A stretch of 64,000 nucleotides of DNA from Spongospora subterranea f. sp. subterranea (Eukaryota). Positions 34,601 through 45,000 of this stretch are shown piece after piece; positions within the stretch are counted from its first letter, which is position 1; each line of letters begins with the position of its first letter. Under the pieces are notes generated by a model. That model saw only the letters and a list, made by a program, of their open reading frames with translations, had not been told where the DNA came from and did no database searches. The position numbers and the translations under genes are program-made. The DNA is taken from NCBI GenBank assembly GCA_049724395.1, contig JAUGWO010000042.1, forward strand, positions 310,001 through 374,000, written 5' to 3'.

Positions 34601-37455
34601 AACACCGACCCGCTTCTGTTCAGATCTCGCGTAGACGGCTGGATCATGTTCTCATTCTTCCCTGAATGGGATCGCGTCATGAAATATCGTGTCTCCCCGT
34701 TGTCGATGAACCTGGTCGACAGTATATCGTGTGTCGGTTGGTCAAGTTGATGACGAACATGGTCTGGGGATTGATCGCAGAATGTCCTGATGGTCTGTTG
34801 CGATCGCAATCCCTGTTCGCGATAGCAGCCAGGCGACCCCGATACGGGAGTGATGATCGTCTGAGATGGGTCTGGCGATAAAGGGGAATACCCTCTGATC
34901 GACCCGTTCACCGCCCTCCAATATATCGATCGATACGGTATTGGTCCATAATCCCTTTCCCAAATCGCTGATGCGCTCAATAGTATTCCGTCAACACCGT
35001 CATCGTCATCGCCGTTTGTCGTATTACGTCCCCGATTATTGACGACCCCTTCGATAAGCCCCATGACGTGATCGGCCGAATCTAGTGAATATCGAATGGC
35101 GTTTCCCGTCTCAAGCGCCAGACTATCCATAATCCGATCCTGTTGTGTTTTCATATTGTCGATGGCGATGTCGGTCCATATCAGCCATATTATCAATGGT
35201 GATATCGATACGATCACCCTGATCCCCAACCTCATCTTATTGCTGTTCATCGCGCTCGCCCATGGTCGATCTCGCCCGGTGTTGCTCTCCATGAAGAGAG
35301 TAGAGTTGCCAAGGGAGCGGCTGGACGATCCATGCCTTCTCCCCCGTTTCGAATCCCTCTTCATCATCACCATATCGATGATGATCGTGAACAGGTAAAG
35401 GGTTATCGTCAAACCCGTTACGATCGAGATTCCAATCAGGAGCAGAGTATGTGATGAACCGATTTCGATAAGCGATGGGATGGCGATAACCGACAGATGA
35501 GTTGGCGACCATCGAGGGCTGGTATCGGATTGAGGAGGATGAACAGCGTCTCGTATTTGTAATCCCATTGATTATATCAGGGATAGGATATCCAACGACA
35601 TCAGCTAACTCATTCATAGTCGACGCTATCAACATATCGCTATGGCGGTCGACGACAACAATATCGCCGGCCGGTGATTGCTGGGAGATAAACATGCGAT
35701 TGAGGAGCGATAATGACAGATCAGCAATGATGAATCCATTTCCATATCGCCATGGACTGATGTATGATATGAATGGATTGGCGCTAGAGACGTTGGTCCA
35801 ACCGATTCCCTGATGGCGCCAAGATCGTAGCGCCTCCTCATACGAGAGGACAGGCCAATCACAGATGAGAGAGGATGGGAAATATTGACCAGGATCAGAT
35901 ACGATCAGGACCTGAACACATTCGCGACCTGGTTCAGCGGTGAATAGAACTGGGTCATGATCAGGCTGGGGAGGACGATGAACCCCTGTCGTGAGTCCAT
36001 CGCCATTGAGGAGATATAAGGTGGATATGGATGGGGACTGATCGAGTTGGGACGAGAGATAGGAATGAAGATCGGATAGGGGAGTGTGAGGTGAGAGGAG
36101 TTGGGCACAATCAAGATTGGAGGAGATGATCGACATGTCTATACCAACCTGATCGATACCGGTCGCGATCAGATCAGCACCCACCATGGTCAAGATCCCT
36201 TTCTGCAGACTGGATATATTCCCCTGTGATAGCCGATAGGACTGAGCAGATACCGACCATAACAGTGAGATCCCCGATATGAACAAGGCGATGGCGATGG
36301 CGGCGAACAGGGAAGGGGTGTACATGGACAACTTCAGGGATTCGTCTAATGTGAAGAATAGACGTGGCCGGCCAGAGACAGGCTCTTCAGTCTGGCCCGA
36401 TGCTGATCGGTTGGGTATTACGTCGAATTGGCCATCGTCAGGAATGGCTATCAGGATCGCCAACAGATTATCGATCTTGTTGACAAATCCCCTGACATGG
36501 GTCGACATGGGGTGATACTCTAATTCCCTCAATATCACCAATGAGGTGGCAGTCTGCTCCAATAACGTATGGGAGACAGATGAGGTTAATGGGCTCTCGT
36601 GAAGGGGCCGGAAGATCAGCTTGCACAACTCCACGTAATCGTCCTGCTTTTCATGACTCGGAACCGAACCTTCGCAAATGGCGCTCAAAATTTCGAATTT
36701 CGACTGTTCTCGTATTTGAGATACGAATCTTCTCCGAAACAGCTGAAACTTCTGACGACAGGGCAATCTATCTTGTGCAATTAAGGCCTGATAGTGTTCA
36801 TGGAACAGCACCAAAATCAGAAGAAGGCAGGTCGATGTACCTGGACCCCAAATACCTGAACAGCATCCGATTTGAAATCCAGCAATGATTGTTGGACACC
36901 CCGTATCGTCTGATGTCCTTTCCGATATTCGACTAATGCCTTAACTAATGTCTGATAGCCGATATGGGCCTTCTTTGAGGATCGGGTCAAGTCGTGTTTG
37001 AACGAGTCAACTCTCTCTAACTCCATAGACGATGAGCGATTATGAAACAGTAAAGACCGTTTGGAGGGTTTTGGAGCGGAAACGGGGTCATGTTCGGATA
37101 TGGATATAGGAGTGTAAGAACTCAGGAACTTGTTGATGTCCATCTCTTCCTCAAGCCATTCCATAGCACAAATCAGCCGCTTGAATTGAAGCAACCGAGG
37201 AGAAGACGTTGTCTGATATGTTAACCGATCAATAACTGGGGAACCATAATAGTCCATCTGTTCATCCCCTTCACGAGGATTAGGTTCTCGTAACCCACTG
37301 TTGTTCACCTCACAATGTTCATCGTGAACGAGGTCCAACGCCGCCGACCTGGTTGTGCTGGTGCCCAGATTGAACAGGGGGTCGGCGACTGAGCCAGGAT
37401 CGCCATCTGTAGGCATCATTGGACCATGATGAATGGTTCCTCCAATACCCTCCAT
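31638..37455 (-). CDS. Channel gene B: paralogue of gene A (dCache-like x2 + TPC-like), interrupted by three +1 frameshifts in this sequence (pseudogene or consensus errors)
   Basis: Collinear similarity to gene A with equivalent intron positions; pore loops TTCFVFVTTAENYSDIIYP and LIQLLVSD/NWHQVMY; Cache-like ISTLYLLNGDG..GWTNV..GFIIADLSL..IVVVDRHSDMLIAST; frame changes near 35565, 34455 and 32812. Confidence 0.75.
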
Positions 37456-37859
37456 CAGATGAGGGGGATCAGTTCAATGTGTACCAGATGGACTCGGGGG
37501 GCGGATCATCATCATTATCGAACTGAATCGTACCAGGGATATGCATCCGACACTTCAACATATCAGATCAACCCTAGGGAAACTCTTCATATTTCGGTTA
37601 ATTTCATAAGGTTTGAGATTAGTTGTTTAACTCGATAATACAACTGATAATCGGTGATGTAATCGACTCGAAACGGTCGAAAAACATTGGTTTCTACACT
37701 GGTCAAGGTCTGTATCAGACGATCAACGATCTACAAATACATGCGCCCGCCTTGAAGCCTGTTGTCTGCTGTGGTAAATGGTCTATCAATAAAGGACGAC
37801 TGACGTTCACTGAATTTCGAATATTGTTTACATTTGGTTAACAACATGACCCTTGAAAC

Positions 37860-38320
37860 CCAGACATTCTTCAACTTTTGATCGACATAAAACCCTGTTG
37901 AAGGGGCCACCTCTCATTGTCTTTGACCAACACTGTTGCTAAATCCCGAGTTGATACCCAACTTCAAACTGCACAATGTGAGGTCGCAGCTTTGCATGAA
38001 GACAAGCCGTCGTGGTCTGCTCCCCGACTTTGTACGAAATGGGACAACACGTTGAGAAGGACGACATAGCCGGATATCGAATGCCTGGAGTCGATATCAC
38101 CGGCCCAATCGGAATCAAAATATTTTGTCAATATGGGTCTCGGCAAATTGTTTTATCGTCGACACAAGAGCTCGCAATCTATTGCATTGTGCCCTAGAAT
38201 TGCAGTGAAATGTGCCTTTCCTGGATTTTGGACATGACGCCAACAGCATAGGCTACATCACGAGCGTTGTGGCAATAACCAAACCAGATATCCGGCAGCA
38301 GTTCAACAATCGATGCGAAT
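37860..38320 (-). mobile_element. Ty1/copia RT-RNase H remnant
   Basis: YFDSDWAGDIDSRHSISGYV is the copia RNase H start; surrounding frames broken. Confidence 0.8.
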
Positions 38321-38684
38321 TCGTTCGGTGAGAGCGGCACCACTATTAGGGGAAGTCGTTGGATGGTTTATCTTGACATTGGTAGGTTTGGGGACAGTCA
38401 ATCTCACCCGTTTGTCGCCACGACATTTTCTGCACATTCGGCCTTTGGATGGAACCTTTGGGTTTCATCTAAAGCATTAGTGGAACCTGCTTCCGTTTTT
38501 GTCGTTATCCAACGATCATCGGTTTTATGATCCTCTGAAGTCGCAGAAAGCCGTAATGCGTCTCATAACTATTACAGCAACTGATGAATGACGCAAATGG
38601 GAATGGAACAGCTGCTCTGTTCATGTACGAAACGGGGCTGAATGATCAAGTCAAACGAAAGTTCGTTGCAGTGCTTCAATGAAG

Positions 38685-39405
38685 CCAGTGTCGTGGGCCA
38701 CTCCTTCCTCTGTCATGTAATATACACCTAACTGTCCCGACTTATCTACACCTATTGCCGTACGGGGTTGTCAAAGTTAAGAAAACTCCGCATCTTTGGG
38801 TTTGGAAAACATCGACTCTTTTTGGCCCAAAATTTGGGCAAAAGATTCCGAATTCCGGGGTAGGGGTGATCAAAGTGCAGTCCGCAATCCACTCCCAAGG
38901 TTCGTGTTTTTGGCAACTTGGGTAATCAGCACACCAGTAATGCTGAAGTTACCTACATCACATTGACTTGATATCAAAGAACAATTTCGACTTTGTTACC
39001 GGCAAGACCAGGGGGCCCATGATTGCCGGTAAAGGTGAAAATCATCGGGATTTGCATCGATGGCGGATTTCATTAATGAACAGTTCAAGGATTCCAAGCG
39101 GGTTTGGGATACCAAGACCGCAAAAAGTAGGCTCGCGTCCATTTTAAAGAAATATAAAAAGACAAAGAAGGCGTCAATGGCAACCGGATTCGGTGTAACC
39201 GATGAAGAAAGGGATCGTGGTATCACCTTGATTGAAGAGAAGCTGGAAAGTCTCTGTTTCGGCTTTACTCGTCTGGACGCTATGTTCGGAGATGTCCAGA
39301 CGAGTGAACCCAAAACAGAGACTGTCCAGCTTCTCTAGGTGATACACGATCCCAGTGCCGTGGGCCACCCCTTCCTCCGTCATGTAATATACACCTAACT
39401 GTCCC
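38685..39405. repeat. ~54-bp direct repeat (38685-38738 and 39352-39405)
   Basis: ccagtg(t/c)cgtgggccac(t/c)ccttcctc(t/c)gtcatgtaatatacacctaactgtccc occurs twice. Confidence 0.9.
39060..39338 (+). mobile_element. Truncated Myb/SANT-like ORF of the type accompanying PIF/Harbinger elements
   Basis: W..KTAKSRL..ILKKYKK....TGFGVTDEE..GITLIEEKLESLCFGFTRLDAMFG; ends in an inverted duplication. Confidence 0.5.
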
Positions 39406-39612
39406 TTTGATCCCAGTCATCTCGACAGTACAGTACACACCTCCTACAGTACTAGCGTATCTCCGGTAATCGATCAGATATATCACCACTTGATTACCTT
39501 TACCCCAGATTAGATTATAGACCTACAAATAGGAGACTCGATATATTATCATTATCCCATAAATCCGCCATCAATTGGGGTTTCAGCTTTTTTTTGCTAA
39601 CGCTTTCATTCG

Positions 39613-41251
39613 ATGGCCGAGTTTGAGACTATTGATGAAAACAAACTTGGGGCCGCTGCAGAAAAATTCGAATGCAAATTGGATCAGTCCGAAAGAACCC
39701 AGCTGGATCAAGATTTACGTGAAGCATTAGGTACGACTTCAACATTGTTGCTTTGTTCATATATGAGGTATTGACAATATAGCACAGAACGCGACAGGCT
39801 AATGGTCGGTGATGTGTCAAATGTGTGCCAGACGGGTGGGCTGATATTTGATGATCCAAAGATGCTTGATATTCAGGTAATGTCAAACGAGTTAGTTTTG
39901 TCTAACGCATATATAAACCATTGTCTTCAGCGTCGTATTGTCTGGGATGCTGTGAAAACGTTAGGCTGGAATATAATGGCAGGAAACACTGTTAATATTA
40001 TTTCGTTGGTTTGAACGATGACTAAAGTAATGCTGCTTCTTACTTCGGGTTTTATAGTGTTTCGTTGCCAGTTCGTATATTTGAGCCCCGTTCATTTCTG
40101 GGTCGACTGTCAGATGGGTGGTCCTGTGCTCCAATTTTATTGCGGAAAGCAGCATTGCAAACCGACCCTGTTGAAAGGTTCAAATACGTAATAGCGTTTG
40201 CCATAGCAGGTCTACACGTCAACATCCGGCAATGGAAACCATTTAATCCTATCCGTAAGCTGGAAGATAAGAATTACATTCGGAAGTTCTTTCAAAGCTC
40301 TGTTATGCTGTCTGGCATATAGTTGGGGAGACATTGCAGTCAACCTTTCCTGATGGTACTCAAGTATATCTTGAGCAAACAAGCCATCATCCCCCTGTTT
40401 CCCATTATCAGGTGTTTGGAGCGGATGGGCTTTGTCAGTTACTCTCCCGATCTTACTGTTCAGTATCATTCAATTTAAGTGTATTCAGATAAACTGCATG
40501 GATGTGCTCAATTTGCAGCGTCATGGCGAGGAAATGCGCTGAAAGCGTATTTTGCTAAACGCTTATTGATTTTCTGGGGCTGATTTTGGTTTGTGTTAGA
40601 TCGCAGAGTGGTCCTAACATTGTTGAATTTTCCGATGGCACATCTATATCATATACACTGCCATACCTTTGGTTAAGTGGCGTCCTGTAGGGTTCATCAA
40701 CATGTTCCGATACTCTCGACTTACGTCAGTTTGCGTGTGTTCCAGATATGGAGACCGTGTTTCCGAGTATTTAGGGCAGATGACAATACGGGACGAGCAG
40801 AACAACATATCGTGTGAAGTTGTATTTCATCCTGATGGTGTTGGCTATCTGAAGTTGGGCTATTCCTTCCTGGACAATATAGTATCCCCTTTGTTGACAT
40901 TTTCACAGAAGCTGGTTTGTGTCAAGCCCTAGCCCATCGGACACTTTTCGTGGTGACATCATCAAGGACGGCAATAAGGTGGACCAGATTGATGGATCGT
41001 GGATTGGCGAAATAAGAAGCAATGGTGTCGTCCTATATGACGTTAGACAGAAACTGGATGCTTCAACCGTCCCAGCCGAAAACCCTATACCGTCAGATTC
41101 ACGATTTAGAGAGGATTTGAAGGCCCTTTCGGAAGGAAAGTTTGATCTCGCGCAGGCCAAAAAAGTAGAACTTGAAGAACTTCAGAGATCTGACAGAGCT
41201 TTGAGGAGGCAAGGTTATGAACAAAGGGAAAGTGCTAGCAGTGATCTGTAA
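39613..41251 (+). CDS. Oxysterol-binding protein (short ORP/Osh type), multi-exon
   Basis: SLPVRIFEPRSFLGRL, DPVERFKYV, KPFNPI/LGET, fingerprint EQTSHHPP, PSDSRFREDL..AQAKKVELEELQR. Confidence 0.92.
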
Positions 41252-41426
41252 ATATGACAGAAACGAATAGCTAATAGAATCAACTAAACCTCCTTAATGC
41301 TTTTTCCTTGAGAGCACCAAAATTTAACACTGTTTTCGCACCAATGTAATATCGGTTAACTCTGAGTTTGGGTGACATAGGCTGAAGTCATAATGTTCTG
41401 CAGAGATTAGTCTGAAGTAGGATGAC

Positions 41427-41945
41427 ATGATGGTTTTTGATACAGAGATACCGAGTATGGCTAACGGTGTTAGATCGTATAGCTCATTAACAATGCATCG
41501 CCAGACGGATGATATAGAAATCAGCTCGCTATTACTGATGTCAAATTGCTTAAACCATAACATTCGGGACCTGTCTACCGCCCAAGATAAACTGACTTTA
41601 TCGATGGAGGCATTGCTGGATCGGTTGTCTTCATTGAGTGTAATCGACATGTCAGTTAAACATGAACGTCTGGGCAATCAGTTATCTTCGAATATCAACA
41701 CAAGCGAACAATGTTCCGTCGCAGTGCAGACTGGGCCCCAATGTGATGAATGTATTAATAACAGGTGCGATGTCAGAGCTTTTCAGAATTCAATGGCCAA
41801 AGCTGTGGCATCAATGGCTGAAGTACTGTCAGCGACATCGGAGAGTGCAAAAGAGGCCATTCAAGAAAAAAATGAAGCTATTAACCGTGCGACACGACTC
41901 GAGAAAAGATTACTGAAATTCAATCAGCAGTTTTGCGGAACCTAA
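41427..41945 (+). CDS. Hypothetical coiled-coil protein
   Basis: 172-aa ATG ORF with a heptad-like C-terminus (AKEAIQEKNEAINRATRLEKRL). Confidence 0.5.
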   Translation: MMVFDTEIPSMANGVRSYSSLTMHRQTDDIEISSLLLMSNCLNHNIRDLSTAQDKLTLSMEALLDRLSSLSVIDMSVKHERLGNQLSSNINTSEQCSVAVQTGPQCDECINNRCDVRAFQNSMAKAVASMAEVLSATSESAKEAIQEKNEAINRATRLEKRLLKFNQQFCGT

Positions 41946-42169
41946 TGATCATCATCCATAGAGCCATTACGTAGAAGATTAGATGTTCAATAAAGGAGCA
42001 TGTGTTCGAACCGTAACAGAACTTTTACTATTGGATTGGACGTTAGAAAACATGAGAAGTGAGCGATTTATAATATTAATAAACAAATACATTAGAATGG
42101 TCTGGAAGAAGACGGAGGAAGCGAAGGACCTCGTAAACTGGGAAGCGTCGGTTCATTGTTTCAGTTCGA

Positions 42170-44360
42170 GTACGGTTAGATCTGACGTAGAGAGCAATAA
42201 TTTCACTAAGATACTGTCAGAATCAGAGTGTAAATCATTCGAGGCAAAAAATCTAACATTTCTGCTCGGCGGTGAGATTCATCAACCGTTGTTGTTGCTG
42301 CATTTTGTCAACTGAAGCTGCAGGTTGCGCAGTGATGATGTCAGGCTTCGACGGTAACGTGGGCGGTTCACCAGCCTTCACAAATTGGGCGAATGAATGA
42401 AACAAATATTGACAACTTTCACAACCATCTCGAGACCTACCAATGCTATTGCATGTCCAGGAATCAGCGGCGATGACCTTGACGGCGCTAAGCAAGTTCT
42501 TTTCAGCCATTATTTGAGAATTCAGAGAACAGGTTTACCTCGAGGATCAAACCGAGGTGTCGCTGGTGCCGGTGCTGAAACACCTCTTTTCACTGACTTT
42601 GCTTTGGGCTTTCGACCTGGCCGTGTCGTAAGCGATGCAATCGCTGGCCTTGCCGACGTTAAACCCATCGACATGGCCGCAATGTTTTTCTTTATCATTT
42701 GAGACTCGAAAATTCTGATTAGCTTGTGATGTCTGTTGATGCTGCATTTGGAGTTGCATCTGTGCGACGCTTATCACTAAAGTCTACAAATTTCCAAGCG
42801 ATACATATTCAGACCATATGCTTTTGTTGCTGCGAAACAAGGAATTGTTGCTGTTGCATCCTTGGATCAATATTTGCAGCAGCAGCTGCTGAACGTTGCG
42901 AGTTCATTAACACCTAACGACTGGGTAAACATCAAACATACAACAAGGACCTCAATACAGCTTACCTGACGAGCTGCAGCCATCTGTGCCGACATTTGAA
43001 TGTTTGACGGTGCTGAAATACCAATCAGTTAAATATTTGAAAAGGCATCAGAACCATACGTGGCCGGGGAATATTCGGAGCTGTCGACCCAACATCTATT
43101 TGTGGACTATAGAAACAAACGCTATTCAAAATGAGTAGGTGATTGAAGGAAATGGTGCGTACGAGGGGCTTGGGATCGATGGCGTGGCCGAAGGAACTGC
43201 CAAAGGGTTAACCCTTTGTGGCATTGGCTTACGAAGGGGCTTCATAGTTTTCGCAGGGTTTTGCCCTTTTGGTATAGGGTTTTGTGTCAGTAACAGATCA
43301 CGAACGAAAGCTCGCTTCCGATTGATCTTTCTCAAGTAATTATCCCCGGGCCTTGGTACGCAAGGGTATCTCAACTGAAGACGTTGTCAGAAACCTAATA
43401 AAATTCAAAAACATGATAGCCGACCTTCCGAGTAAACATGATTTTGAGATGACGCAGTGGATAATCACCGACTGAAGTGACTGATAACGAACTAAGTCAG
43501 CAACTGTACGGGCCGAATTGGGGCACAATTGTACTCTTTTGACCGAAATGGTATCCCATCATAAGATTGGGGGACGTCTCCACTTCCGATTTTGATTCAG
43601 CTGCTGTGCAGTCGTCAACTGCAACTGCTGATGGAGCACCTATTTTTCAAAATGAGTAATACACAATATCAGAGTTCAAAACCATACTTTGTATATCAGG
43701 GTCACAAATCATAGGAACCACACGACAAGCTTCAGCATCAATTTGTTTGGCCGAAATGGGCGAGCAACGATCTAATCAACGGGTTAAGTATTCAAGTCAA
43801 ACAACTTATGAGATAGTAGGCACCAAGGTGAGTAAGAAACGCCACAGCTGCCATTATGCGCCGGCAATGAGTGCAACTAACAAGCGATAATGGAGCAGAT
43901 GGATTAATTCGTTTTGACAGAAGCGACTCTAAGTTGAAAAATGAGATGGACATTTGACGTGGGTAAAAACATTTTGTTGTAAAACCAAATCGAACGTGAT
44001 TCAAATGAGATTATACCATTAAAGGACGTTTCTGCAGCAGGTAAATACGTTTTCAACTGTGCCCAAGGATGACCAATAAATGACGCAACATCGACATCAT
44101 TGCGATCGACAACGGCTTTATCTTCAAATAAAAGATAACCAAGGCGGTTTGGCGATCCATTTTCTAACCCGGAGCCAACCAACAAGGTATCTAACTTTTT
44201 GATCTCTAAAAAATTGTCATTAGATACAATAAAGGAGATTCTGCAATGGGAAGAAAATTTTGACCATTTTTCAGGCGAAGTATTTCGTCATTTTGTGCTC
44301 GCAGAATCAGATCTTGCTCAGGAGTCATGCCATCCGATAAGCAGGAAGTGGACGCGTGAT
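42170..44360 (-). CDS. Hypothetical multi-exon protein with Q-rich C-terminal part (boundaries approximate)
   Basis: Series of minus-strand ORF segments separated by intron-sized gaps; Q/A-rich low-complexity exons. Confidence 0.45.
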
Positions 44361-45000
44361 TGATGCCTGGGGATGCGGTGAGTAAAGGGTGTAGAATGAG
44401 AGCGGGCGCGACAAGGCGCAGGCGACCTTGGATAAGAGTGAGATAACCGTGAGGAGACAAGCAGCAGCAGATAGAGAGATATAAACGGGCACGGACTAAT
44501 CACTATCAATGAGGATCGGCCGATCAGGATACGGTCGGTCGGATAAAGGACGGGGTTAACCGGATAAAAATCGAATATAGCAAGACCGCGTGGCAACCAA
44601 GGCAATTGTAATTACATGAATGGCCTTCCTAGGAAGTGACGTCTAGAATTGCTAATAACTGTACGGCGTTTATACGGGATCACTGACTAATACTTAGACT
44701 AAGCAAAACCAAGTAAATAAAAGCTTTATTGAGCGAAGTAGTTATTCTGCGAGCATTTGGAAATGGATCCGTTGACCAGATACGACTCAGACAATGAATC
44801 CGTGGGGGTCAATTCCATGATCAATCACAGCATTAATCATCATCCGTGCTAGCACGAATAAAATGCGTGCGGACTTTTGGTGTAATCATACATTAGGTGA
44901 TTGCAATTCGAATACGTCAAGGACTGAGCATTATTCCTAGTGCTGTTGGTTGCGGTTCTAGTTAGTCTCTCTCAGGTTATTAACAGGCTGCCCACTGTCC

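Noticed and set aside
42170..44360. Spt20-like assignment for the Q-rich gene
   Set aside because: Only one weak motif (KRVQLCPNSARTVADL); other expected blocks not found
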